A stretch of 64,000 nt of DNA from an uncultured Clostridium sp. (GCA_964612925.1 CAZTFU010000003.1:23425-87424), one strand, 5' to 3'. Counted from the first letter of the stretch, positions 43,967-53,275 are shown. The notes: generated from the letters alone by a model not told the origin. Numbers and translations are program-made.

Positions 43967-44725
43967 TTACTCCTCTGCCTTTTCTGTCCGTGCGGCGTAG
44001 TATGCGTGCATATCATCACATTCTATGTATGAGTATACATCCCAATCTCCTTCCGTGTATTCATATGTGTAGCCCTCACCCGGTTTTTCTCTATCCTCAA
44101 GTGAAGAATGCATCATTATATAATGCTTAGTATCGTAAATATATGTCGTCTCGCCGTTATAAATAAATTCGGGGCATAATTGGCACGGAACTTTATCGCT
44201 TTTGTTTACATGCTTAATTCTATGTCCAATATCACTGCATTTAACCGCTCCTCTGAACGTTACAATTCCGTTTTCGTTCGTTATCATTTCGCAATCCGAC
44301 CAAAACCCTTCCTGATTTGCCGTTTCTTCAAGCATGACATAATACACCTGTTTATCTGTCTCTTCGGAGTTAATCGGGCACGGAACTGTTTTTTTAATTA
44401 TTTTTACATGATCGCAATATGTTTTGCTGTATGTTACAACGTCACCGTCCACTTCTTCAACCACCCAACTCGGGTCGGGCGATTCGGTAGGGGACTTTAC
44501 CTTCCATGTATCTTTTGTGTCCTTTTCATCCTCGTTCACTCTGCATGTAATGCGCTCCCTGTGGCGGTCAAAGCTTTCGCCCGCTTGGGGTTCGGGAGTG
44601 GGAGTGGGTTCAGCGACCTGTTCAACATCAGAGTTTAAGTCATTCGTTATATCTTCATCCGCCGCACATGCAAACATAACCGATGCCACGGCCATGCACA
44701 GCAATATGCACAGTAACTTTTTCAT
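43967..44725 (-). CDS. Lipoprotein, WKV/TYSK-CxH module family (3 modules)
   Basis: Start at MKKLLCILL (AGGAGGG upstream). Close paralogue of 43202-43936. Confidence 0.75.
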   Translation of the reverse strand: MKKLLCILLCMAVASVMFACAADEDITNDLNSDVEQVAEPTPTPEPQAGESFDRHRERITCRVNEDEKDTKDTWKVKSPTESPDPSWVVEEVDGDVVTYSKTYCDHVKIIKKTVPCPINSEETDKQVYYVMLEETANQEGFWSDCEMITNENGIVTFRGAVKCSDIGHRIKHVNKSDKVPCQLCPEFIYNGETTYIYDTKHYIMMHSSLEDREKPGEGYTYEYTEGDWDVYSYIECDDMHAYYAARTEKAEE

Positions 44726-44747
44726 AATATGATCCCTCCTATGGCTA

Positions 44748-44778
44748 ATAAACACAAAAGGGAGCATAGCTCCCCTTT
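44748..44778 (-). terminator. Terminator of the small Cys-rich gene 44793-45122
   Basis: aaggggagc-tat-gctccctttt followed by gtgtttatt on the minus strand. Confidence 0.6.
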
Positions 44779-44792
44779 GCCTACTTTAGTTG

Positions 44793-45122
44793 CTATTTAT
44801 CGTAGCCACTGTCTCTGTCATGGCCGCATGAACGAACCGTCTCTGTAGAGGTTCTGGTATAAGCAACCTCACCACAGCTTCTGCACGCCCAGTACTTAGT
44901 AACACGGTAATCTGTCAACACATCCGAATAAATCGGATTAACACTGCATATTACTACCCTGCTGCTAACAAATTCTCTGGTCGTGTCAGAAGAAAGAACC
45001 ACTTGGCCGCCACATGACTCACATCGCTCTGCCCTTGCCGCAACAAGCGCAGTAAATGCTGTAAGCACCATAAGCGCACACATCAGCAAGGCAAATGTTT
45101 TGACAGTCTTTGTTGATTTCAT
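44793..45122 (-). CDS. Exported small Cys-rich protein (family S, member 5)
   Basis: 109 aa. Signal peptide identical to member 4. Mature part: C-x2-C...C...W-A-C-x2-C...C-G-H. Confidence 0.75.
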   Translation of the reverse strand: MKSTKTVKTFALLMCALMVLTAFTALVAARAERCESCGGQVVLSSDTTREFVSSRVVICSVNPIYSDVLTDYRVTKYWACRSCGEVAYTRTSTETVRSCGHDRDSGYDK

Positions 45123-45309
45123 TTTTCTTCCTCCTTTAATAAGTTTGTCCTTCTGCGGTCAAATCCGCAGATACAGCCCCATCGCCGCAGGCGTTTCTGC
45201 CCACCCGATTCAAGGGGGAATAGCCGACTTTCATCGGTACAACAACACATTCGCGCCAAATTATGGCAGGAACTGATTTTATATTATCATACGCAGTATG
45301 CGCTGTCAA
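45123..45309 (-). promoter_or_regulatory. Second, identical copy of promoter plus leader L2
   Basis: 100% identical to 42980-43166, as part of the 279-bp identity block 45034-45312. Confidence 0.55.
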
Positions 45310-45334
45310 CGGGTTTTTGGCCGTAAAGCAGTAT

Positions 45335-45361
45335 AAAAATGCCCCGCTGCAATGGCGGGGC
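45335..45361 (-). terminator. Terminator of copA
   Basis: gccccgc-cattgca-gcggggc followed by atttttat on the minus strand. Confidence 0.65.
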
Positions 45362-45378
45362 AAGCCTGTGTTTATTCT

Positions 45379-47904
45379 TTACTCCACTTCGTAGCCGGCA
45401 TCGACAACGGCCTTTTTGGCGGCACTTTCATCAACGCCCGCAAATGTTGCCTGCTTTTTTTCAAGGTCAACGGTTATATCGGTTGCGCCTATGCCGCTTA
45501 GTGCCTTTTCAACCGCCGCTTGGCAATGCTTACACATCATTCCGTTTACTTTAATCGTTGTCATTTTCTTTTCCTCCCGTTTAATTATGTTTATTTTATT
45601 CGCCGCATCGGGTGCTTTTTCCTGCTGTTTTCCCTTGCGGTGCGGTTTAAGATATTTAGAAACTTTGTTCGGGTCGAAATGTCTCAGTCTAAGCGCATTG
45701 CTTACAACGGAAACACTGCTCAGGCTCATTGCCGCGGCCGCTATCATGGGGCTTAGCAACGGCCCGCCGAACGCATACAGCACGCCTGCCGCAACGGGTA
45801 TGCCGAGTGTATTGTATCCGAACGCCCAGAACAAATTTTCTTTTATATTTGTTATTGCGGCACGGCTGAGCCTCAGTGCCGCGGCAACACCGCCAAGTTC
45901 ATTGCCCATAAGCACTATGTCGGCGGATTCTATTGCAACATCCGCACCCGCACCTATGGCAATGCCCGTATCCGCACGAACAAGCGCGGGTGCATCGTTT
46001 ATGCCGTCGCCCACCATCGCAACGGTATACCCCTGCCGCTGAAGCTTTTCAACCTCTCCCGCCTTATCACCCGGCAGAACCTCGCTTCGCACCTCGTCTA
46101 TGCCCACGCTTTTGGCAACCGCCGCCGCGGTAAGCGAATCATCACCCGTGAGCATAACAAGCTTTACATTCATTTTTTTAAGCAGCTCCACCGCTTCCTT
46201 GGCATCGTCCTTTATCCTGTCGGCAATGGCGAACAGTGCACACGCTTCGCCGTCAACCGCCATAAATACGGGGGTTTTCCCCTCCGCACTCAGGTGCTGT
46301 GCGCTTTGTCCGAGTGAAGTCTCAATCCCTTGCTTGGCCATAAATCTTGCACTGCCTATTGTTATGCGCTTGCCCTGCACGGTGCATATCACGCCATGAC
46401 CCGCATTTGCGGCAAAATCCTGCGCCTGATACGGCTCAATACCGCGTACATCAGCCGCACTCAATATTGCTTTTGCAAGCGGGTGCTCGCTTTGCTTTTC
46501 GGCGGAGGCCGCAAGCCGCAACGCCTCATCTTCACCAAAGCCATCTACCGTAACTATATCCGTAACTATGGGCATACCCGTTGTTACGGTACCCGTTTTA
46601 TCAAGCAGAACGGCATTAACCTTGCCTGCGGTTTCAAGTGCTTCACCGTTTTTTACAAGTATGCCGAGCTCCGCTCCGCGCCCCGCAGCAACCATTATGG
46701 CCGTGGGCGTTGCAAGGCCGAGTGCGCACGGGCAGGCAATTACAAGCACCGATATGAATATTTTTATCGCCAGTGCAAAGTCTCCGCTGAAAATAAGCCA
46801 CAGTATGAATGCAAGCAGTGCCACTCCGCCCACGGCGGGCACAAAGTATGCCGCCACCGCATCCGCCATGCGCGCAATCGGTGCTTTTGAACCCTGCGCC
46901 TCTTCAACAAGATGTACTATGCGACCGAGTGCCGTATCCGCCCCGACGCCCGTTGCGCGGAATGTAACCGCGCCCTGACCGTTTATCGTGCCCGCGTACA
47001 GCTTATCTCCCGCTTCCTTATCGATGGGCATGCTTTCGCCCGTGAGCATAGCCTCGTTCACGCTTGTGTGGCCGCTTAGTATTATGCCGTCAACGCTTAC
47101 CCGTTCGCCCGGGCGAAGCGATACGGTATCGCCCGTCAAAACATCCTTTGCGGCAATTTCCGTCTCAACACCGTTGCGTATTACACGCGCCGTGTCGGGT
47201 GCAAGATTCATAAGCTTTTTTATCGCGTCACCCGTTTTACCCCTGGAACGCGACTCAAGATATTTTCCGAACTGAATGAGAACGATTATCGTTCCCGCAC
47301 ATTCAAAATATAATGAATGCGCCGCATGAGCATCCCCGCATATGATCCTTATTACGCCGTACAGGCTGTATATTACCGCCGCAAGCGTGCTTACCGCTAT
47401 AAGCGAATCCATGTTCGGACTTTTCAGCCATATGGCCTTAAAGCCCGATTTATAAAACCGTCTGCCGGCTATCATTATGGGTATTACCAGAATAAGCTGT
47501 GAAAGCGCATAGCCAAGCGGCGAATACTCGGGGTCCATGAAGCGCGGCAGTATATGTTCAAGCCCGCCTATCATGGGGAGCATGGCAATGCAGAACAGCG
47601 GTATGCCGAATGCGGCCGCAAAAATAAGCCTTCGCTTCATGTCCCGCTGTTCGTTGGCCTTCTTTTCGGCCATCTGCACCTTTATGTTTTCGGTAAGGTC
47701 AAACGGCGCATACCCTGCGCCCTCAATGGCGCGCTTGAGCGCACCTTCATCGGTTTTGGTTTCGTCATATACAATGCTTGCTCGTTCCGCGGCCAAGTTT
47801 ACGCTTGCACTTTCAACGCCGTCCGTTGCGTTCAGCGTGCGTTCCACCCTTGCGGAGCATGCGGCGCAGCTCATTCCGCCAACGCCAATCTCAAGCCGTT
47901 TCAT
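45379..47904 (-). CDS. copA: Copper-translocating P1B-type ATPase with N-terminal and C-terminal HMA domains
   Basis: GMSCAACSARVE, CPC, DKTGT, GDGINDAP. The C-terminal ~65 aa form a CopZ-like domain (GMMCKHCQAAVEKAL). The start is moved to MKRLEIG (AAGGAG upstream). Confidence 0.9.
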   Translation of the reverse strand: MKRLEIGVGGMSCAACSARVERTLNATDGVESASVNLAAERASIVYDETKTDEGALKRAIEGAGYAPFDLTENIKVQMAEKKANEQRDMKRRLIFAAAFGIPLFCIAMLPMIGGLEHILPRFMDPEYSPLGYALSQLILVIPIMIAGRRFYKSGFKAIWLKSPNMDSLIAVSTLAAVIYSLYGVIRIICGDAHAAHSLYFECAGTIIVLIQFGKYLESRSRGKTGDAIKKLMNLAPDTARVIRNGVETEIAAKDVLTGDTVSLRPGERVSVDGIILSGHTSVNEAMLTGESMPIDKEAGDKLYAGTINGQGAVTFRATGVGADTALGRIVHLVEEAQGSKAPIARMADAVAAYFVPAVGGVALLAFILWLIFSGDFALAIKIFISVLVIACPCALGLATPTAIMVAAGRGAELGILVKNGEALETAGKVNAVLLDKTGTVTTGMPIVTDIVTVDGFGEDEALRLAASAEKQSEHPLAKAILSAADVRGIEPYQAQDFAANAGHGVICTVQGKRITIGSARFMAKQGIETSLGQSAQHLSAEGKTPVFMAVDGEACALFAIADRIKDDAKEAVELLKKMNVKLVMLTGDDSLTAAAVAKSVGIDEVRSEVLPGDKAGEVEKLQRQGYTVAMVGDGINDAPALVRADTGIAIGAGADVAIESADIVLMGNELGGVAAALRLSRAAITNIKENLFWAFGYNTLGIPVAAGVLYAFGGPLLSPMIAAAAMSLSSVSVVSNALRLRHFDPNKVSKYLKPHRKGKQQEKAPDAANKINIIKREEKKMTTIKVNGMMCKHCQAAVEKALSGIGATDITVDLEKKQATFAGVDESAAKKAVVDAGYEVE

Positions 47905-47968
47905 TACATTCTCCTTAATACATAATTTTTGCACGCAAGGCCGCGTTTTGCGCCCTGCGCACAAGCAC

Positions 47969-47997
47969 ATTATAACAAATACCGTGTTCCGGTTCAA
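47969..47997 (-). promoter_or_regulatory. Candidate copA promoter TTGAAC-17-TATAAT
   Basis: Hexamers read on the minus strand about 65 nt upstream of the ATG at 47904. Confidence 0.5.
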
Positions 47998-48106
47998 GGC
48001 ATGAAGCCGATTTGGTTAGCATATTCTAACCGCATTTTGCATTCACTGATTGCACCTGCATCGCATAGTATTACAGCAGCCAATAAATGCGGAGGTAATG
48101 AAAACG

Positions 48107-49108
48107 ATGTCATTTGCAAAAAAGGCTGTGTGTGTTGCGGCAATAGCCGCGCTTATATGTATGCTTATAACGGGCTGTGGCACTAAAGACGAGCTTAGGC
48201 ACGTTACACTCAACGAGGTCACGCGAAGCGTATTCTATGCGCCGCTGTACTGTGCCGTATCGCTTGGTTACTTTGAAGATGAGGGCATGGATGTTGAAAT
48301 AGTCACAAGCGGCGGCAGTGATAAGAGCATGACAGCCCTAATCTCGGGCGATGCGGATGTTGCGCTGATGGGGCCCGAAACGGGCATATATGTCGTCAAT
48401 CAGGGGCTTAGTGAGCATCCCGTAATAGTTGCGCAGATAACCAAGCGCGACGGTTCCTTTCTTGTCGGCAGGGAATACGAGAGCGATTTTGAGTGGGAAA
48501 CCCTGCGCGGCAGTTCCATAATAGGCGGGCGCGTGGGCGGTATGCCGTACATGACGCTTTGCTATGTTTTGAAAAGCCACGGCCTTACGCCCAATGTTGA
48601 CGTAGAGGTGATAGACAACATACAGTTTTCGCTTATGGGCGGCGCATTTGACAGCGGAACGGGCGATTACGTTACATTGTTTGAACCCACCGCAAGCGAA
48701 TTTGCGGCATCAAACCGCGGATATATAGTCGCAAACGTGGGTCAGGAAAGCGGAGAAGTGCCGTACACAACGATTATGATGAATAAACGCACCACCGAAA
48801 ACGAACCCGATTTTGCGCTCGGCTTCGTGCGTGCGATATATCGCGCTCAGCAGTGGGTAAAGGCGGCAAGCGATGAAGAAGTAGCCGAAATGATGCTGCC
48901 CTTCTTCCCCGATTCCTCTATAGAAACGCTGTCCGCCGTTGCAAAAAGCTACCGTGCAACGGACAGTTGGATGTATTCTCCCGCAATGAGTGAGGATGCG
49001 TTTGTTCGCCTTCAGGATATAATAGAGTCCGCGGGTGAATTGAGCGCAAGGGTGGAATTCAACGAGCTTGTTGACAACTCATTTGCATATAAGGTGATGA
49101 ACGAATAA
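48107..49108 (+). CDS. Orphan ABC substrate-binding lipoprotein, NMT1/THI5 (NitT/TauT)-like
   Basis: Lipobox LITGCG. SBP-like alternating pattern. The start is uncertain (48098 or 48107). No permease or ATPase is adjacent. Confidence 0.6.
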   Translation: MSFAKKAVCVAAIAALICMLITGCGTKDELRHVTLNEVTRSVFYAPLYCAVSLGYFEDEGMDVEIVTSGGSDKSMTALISGDADVALMGPETGIYVVNQGLSEHPVIVAQITKRDGSFLVGREYESDFEWETLRGSSIIGGRVGGMPYMTLCYVLKSHGLTPNVDVEVIDNIQFSLMGGAFDSGTGDYVTLFEPTASEFAASNRGYIVANVGQESGEVPYTTIMMNKRTTENEPDFALGFVRAIYRAQQWVKAASDEEVAEMMLPFFPDSSIETLSAVAKSYRATDSWMYSPAMSEDAFVRLQDIIESAGELSARVEFNELVDNSFAYKVMNE

Positions 49109-49189
49109 TCAAAGGGCCGTATCCGTATACAAAAGGCCGTGTCCCGAGTGAGGGATACGGCCTTTGACTTTGTTTATTGGGTTTCAATA

Positions 49190-51064
49190 TCAGCTGAGCT
49201 CAAACATGCCCATGTAAAGCTGATAGTACTTGCCCTGCTGTTCAAGCAGTTCCGCATGGTCGCCGCGCTCGATTATTTCACCGTGTTCAAGCACCATTAT
49301 GGCGTTTGAATTGCGAACCGTAGAAAGTCTGTGCGCTATTACAAACACGGTACGATCCTTCATCAAGCTGTCCATGCCGCGCTCTATAAGCGCCTCCGTG
49401 CGGGTATCTATGCTGGATGTCGCCTCATCAAGTATAAGCACGGGTGGGTCGGCCACGGCAGCACGAGCTATTGCCAAAAGCTGCCTTTGACCCTGTGAAA
49501 GGTTCGATCCGTCCGCCGTAAGCACGGTATCGTAACCGTCCGGCAGGTGGGAAATGAAGTAATGCGCGTTCGCAAGCTTTGCCGCATTGACTATATCCTC
49601 ATCGGTTGCATCAAGCCTGCCGTAGCGGATGTTCTCGCGCACGGTGCCCGTGAACAGGTGCGTATCCTGAAGCACCATACCAAGCGACTGCCTGAGTGAA
49701 GCCTTGCTTATTTCCCTTATGGGTATACCGTCATAGGTTATTTCACCCTGCTGAATGTCATAGAAGCGGTTTATGAGGTTGGTTATCGTGGTCTTGCCCG
49801 CGCCCGTTGAGCCGACGAATGCAATCTTCTGCCCCGGCTTAGCGTAGAGGGACACGTTCTTGAGCACATCCACCTTGCCGTCATAGCTGAATGTAACATC
49901 CTTAAAGCGAACATCGCCGCGCACGCGGATAAGCTCGCCGTCGGGCTTTTTCCATGCCCACATTTCGGTACGCTCTTTGCATTCTTCAAGCTGACCTTCC
50001 TCATTCATGCGGGCGTTGACCATGACTATTCGGCCTTCATCCTCCTCGGCGCTCTCGTCAAGCAGTGCAAATATCCTTTCGGCACCCGCAAGCGCGCTCA
50101 GCACGTTGTTCGCCTGCTGGCTTATTTCGGATATGGGCATTGAAAAGCTCCTTGTGTACTGCAAAAATGCACCGAGTGTACCTATGTCTATTATACCTGC
50201 CACGCCGAACAATCCGCCGCTTGCGGCAATGATCGCATAAGTAACGTGGGACAGATTGTTCATAAGCGGTCCCATTATGCTTGCAAGCGTGCTTGCTGCG
50301 GCGGTATTCTTGCGAAGCTGTTCATTAAGTTCGTCAAAGCGAGAATTTACCGCATCCTCATGACAGAATACCTTGACCACCTTCTGCCCTTCTATCATTT
50401 CTTCAATATAACCGTTCACCTTGCCGACGCTATCCTGCCTTGCCTTAAAGAATCGGCCTGAGCGCGATGCAATGGCCTTTGTAACAAGGCTCATCACGAC
50501 AAGCATGACTATGGCTATAAGCGTAAGCAGCGGGTTGAGCACAACCATCATTATAAATACGCCCACTATCCTTACGGCACTGCTGATAAAGCTTGTAAGG
50601 CTTTGGCTTATCATTTCGCGCATTACATCGGTATCGTTGGTGAATGTGCTCATTATTTCGCCGTGCGTGCGCTTGTCAAAATAGCTTATGGGCAGTTTTT
50701 GCATTTTGCTGAACATTTCAAGGCGAAGCTGTAAAAGTATACCCGTTGAAACGTCCACCATAAGCCTGTTCATCACAAATGTGCCCGCTATACCGAGCGT
50801 ATAAACTGCCGCCATTACGGTAAGCTGGCCTATAAGTCCCGTAAAGTCGGGGTTTTCGCTACCTATCCACGGCACTATGTAATCGTTTATAATGGGCTTG
50901 AGCATATATGTTCCCGCTATGTTGGCAAGCACGCTTGCCAACAGCCCCAACAGCACAAACACAACTCTTACCCTGTACGGCTTAAAATAGCCCAATATGC
51001 GTCTGAATGTGCCCTTTGCATCCTTCGGCTTTGCAAAGCCGCGTCTTTCTTTTGGTCCCGGCAT
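49190..51064 (-). CDS. ABC exporter half-transporter (TMD-NBD), subunit B
   Basis: 6-TM domain plus NBD (GSTGAGKTT, LSQGQRQ, ILDEATS). The start is moved to MPGPKERRG so that it abuts the upstream stop (TAATATG). Confidence 0.85.
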   Translation of the reverse strand: MPGPKERRGFAKPKDAKGTFRRILGYFKPYRVRVVFVLLGLLASVLANIAGTYMLKPIINDYIVPWIGSENPDFTGLIGQLTVMAAVYTLGIAGTFVMNRLMVDVSTGILLQLRLEMFSKMQKLPISYFDKRTHGEIMSTFTNDTDVMREMISQSLTSFISSAVRIVGVFIMMVVLNPLLTLIAIVMLVVMSLVTKAIASRSGRFFKARQDSVGKVNGYIEEMIEGQKVVKVFCHEDAVNSRFDELNEQLRKNTAAASTLASIMGPLMNNLSHVTYAIIAASGGLFGVAGIIDIGTLGAFLQYTRSFSMPISEISQQANNVLSALAGAERIFALLDESAEEDEGRIVMVNARMNEEGQLEECKERTEMWAWKKPDGELIRVRGDVRFKDVTFSYDGKVDVLKNVSLYAKPGQKIAFVGSTGAGKTTITNLINRFYDIQQGEITYDGIPIREISKASLRQSLGMVLQDTHLFTGTVRENIRYGRLDATDEDIVNAAKLANAHYFISHLPDGYDTVLTADGSNLSQGQRQLLAIARAAVADPPVLILDEATSSIDTRTEALIERGMDSLMKDRTVFVIAHRLSTVRNSNAIMVLEHGEIIERGDHAELLEQQGKYYQLYMGMFELS

Positions 51065-51065
51065 A

Positions 51066-52790
51066 TTACTCCACCCCCTTCTGCTGAGAATCGTATACCT
51101 CGCGGTATATCTCACTGCGCCGCATCAATTCCTCATGCGTACCTATATCGGATATCTTGCCCTCGTCCATAACGACTATCCTGTCCGCATCCATAACGCT
51201 TGTTATGCGCTGGGCGATTATTATGGTCGTGGTATCGCTCAGTTCCTCGCTGAGTGCCTTTCTTATCGAAGCATCGGTTGCGGTATCGACCGCGCTTGTC
51301 GAATCGTCCAGTATTATTATTTTAGGCTTTGAGATAAGTGCACGCGCTATGCACAGTCTCTGCTTCTGTCCGCCCGATACGTTCACGCCGCCTTGGCCAA
51401 GCTCCGTATCATATCCGTCGGGGAAGCTCTTTATAAACCCGTCTGCCGCCGCGGCACGGCACGCTTCCTCAATTTCCTCATCGGTTGCCTCGGCATTGCC
51501 CCATTTAAGGTTTTCCTTTATCGTGCCCGAGAACAGCACGTTCTTTTGCAGTACCATCGAAACGCTGTCCCTAAGGGCCTTTATCTTATAATCCCTAACG
51601 TCATGCCCGGCTACCTTCACCGCACCGTCCGTCACCTCATACAGCCTTGGGATAAGCTGCACAAGCGTGCTTTTTGCACTGCCCGTGCCGCCGATTATGC
51701 CTATCGTTTCGCCGGACTCTATTTTAAGATTTATATGCTCAAGGTTCAGATTTTCGTGGTTGCCCGTGTAGCTGAAGGATGCATCCACGAATTCGACGGA
51801 ACCGTCCTCAACGGCGATATCCTCGGCCTCGTCATCGTTTATGGCCGGCTTTTCATCAAGCACGGCGCATATTCTTGAAAGGCTCGCCTTGCTCATTACC
51901 ATGGATACCATCATCATGGCGACCATCATGACTGCGCTGAGCACCTGACTTACATAGCTTATAAAGCTTATCAAATCGCCCGACTGCAAGTTGCCCGCAA
52001 CTATGTGCTTGCCGCCTATGTAGCACACGGCTATCATGCAAATGTACACCATGTACTGCGCCATGGGCATTGTTACCACAAGCAGCTTTTCGGCCTTTAT
52101 TTGGTATTCCTGCACTTCCTTTGCGGAAAACTCAAAGCGTTCGTTTTCGTAGTCTCCGCGCACAAATGCCTTAACAACGCGCACGGCGGTAAGGTTTTCC
52201 TGCACGCTTGCATTCATTGCGTCAAACTTTGCAAGCATCGCCTTAAAGCGCGGGAACGTTTTTGTCATAAGCACGCCTATTATCACCGCAAGCACGGGCA
52301 ATGCAAACAGGAACACGACCGCAAGGTCCGCGCTTATCTTCACCGCCATAAACGTGGCGGATACAAGCATAAGCGGCGAGCGGATAAATGTGCGCACGGC
52401 CATCATGTATGTGTTCTGAACGGTATTTACGTCCGTAGTCAGGCGGGTTATAAGGCTTGCGGTGGAAAACCTGTCCACATTCGAGAAGGAAAAGCTTTGT
52501 ACCTTTTCGAAAAGGCCGCCGCGAAGGTTCTTGGCAAAGCCCGCACTTGACACGCTTGCAAATCGCGCCGCCAATGCGCCGCACGAAAGCGATATAAGTG
52601 CCATAAGTATCATAAGCAAGCCGCGCTTTATAATGAACGCGGTATCGCCGCTTGCTATACCTATATCCACAATATCCGCCATAAGATAAGGTATGCTTAC
52701 TTCCACAAGCACCTCACCTATTATGGTAAACACGGCTAAAATGGATTGCAACCTATACCCCTTGGTATAGGGCCAAATGTTTTTTATCAT
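51066..52790 (-). CDS. ABC exporter half-transporter (TMD-NBD), subunit A
   Basis: 574 aa; GGTGSAKST, VSGGQKQR, ILDDSTS. Confidence 0.85.
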   Translation of the reverse strand: MIKNIWPYTKGYRLQSILAVFTIIGEVLVEVSIPYLMADIVDIGIASGDTAFIIKRGLLMILMALISLSCGALAARFASVSSAGFAKNLRGGLFEKVQSFSFSNVDRFSTASLITRLTTDVNTVQNTYMMAVRTFIRSPLMLVSATFMAVKISADLAVVFLFALPVLAVIIGVLMTKTFPRFKAMLAKFDAMNASVQENLTAVRVVKAFVRGDYENERFEFSAKEVQEYQIKAEKLLVVTMPMAQYMVYICMIAVCYIGGKHIVAGNLQSGDLISFISYVSQVLSAVMMVAMMMVSMVMSKASLSRICAVLDEKPAINDDEAEDIAVEDGSVEFVDASFSYTGNHENLNLEHINLKIESGETIGIIGGTGSAKSTLVQLIPRLYEVTDGAVKVAGHDVRDYKIKALRDSVSMVLQKNVLFSGTIKENLKWGNAEATDEEIEEACRAAAADGFIKSFPDGYDTELGQGGVNVSGGQKQRLCIARALISKPKIIILDDSTSAVDTATDASIRKALSEELSDTTTIIIAQRITSVMDADRIVVMDEGKISDIGTHEELMRRSEIYREVYDSQQKGVE

Positions 52791-53275
52791 ATCTTCTCAT
52801 CATCCTCCATTTTGTGCAGTTCGCTCATAAGCTCAGGAAGCGGCCTTTTTATGCCGTCCTTATAAAGATTCTCAATCATTTTCTCATAAAGCCTTATAAG
52901 CGTGTCCTGTTCTTCCTCACTTATGCCCGAAAGCATTTGCGTATCAAGTTGATTGAACAGCTCTCCGACCCTTATGTGATTGGCCAAGCCCTTTGGCGTA
53001 AGCTCGATGCGCGAGCAGCGCAGGTCATTTGCATCCGTGGTTTTAACTATAAGCCCCGCATTTTCCATGCGCTTTACACTGCACGTTATGCTCGGTGCAC
53101 TCACGCCCAGTGCTTCCGCAATTTCGGATTGCGTGCACTTTGGGTGCTTTTGCAAATAGTTCAATATGGGTCCCTGACCTCGGTGCGCATCCGTACCTCG
53201 AAGCATGGTCTGTATACGCATACGCCTTACCACTTCAAGTCGGTGCATGGCTTCAACGATTATGCGTTCCTTCAT
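52787..53275 (-). CDS. MarR-family transcriptional regulator
   Basis: Winged-helix pattern (CTQSEIAEALGVSAPSITCSVKRMENAGLI). Start at MKERII after AAGGAGG. Overlaps the exporter start by 4 nt. Confidence 0.8.
   Translation of the reverse strand: MKERIIVEAMHRLEVVRRMRIQTMLRGTDAHRGQGPILNYLQKHPKCTQSEIAEALGVSAPSITCSVKRMENAGLIVKTTDANDLRCSRIELTPKGLANHIRVGELFNQLDTQMLSGISEEEQDTLIRLYEKMIENLYKDGIKRPLPELMSELHKMEDDEKI

Noticed and set aside
32902-45122. Small Cys-rich genes as classical class II bacteriocins or RiPP precursors
   Set aside because: They have ordinary Sec-type signal peptides (A-x-A cleavage), not double-glycine leaders. There is no C39-peptidase ABC exporter, radical-SAM enzyme, lanthionine synthetase or cyclodehydratase gene in the locus. 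A toxin-like role is still possible but would be of a different kind.
45123-47997. Functional link between copA and the adjacent Cys-rich protein array
   Set aside because: The two are separated by a strong copA terminator and independent promoters. Adjacency alone is insufficient. Only the generic idea of metal binding by CxxC proteins is retained.
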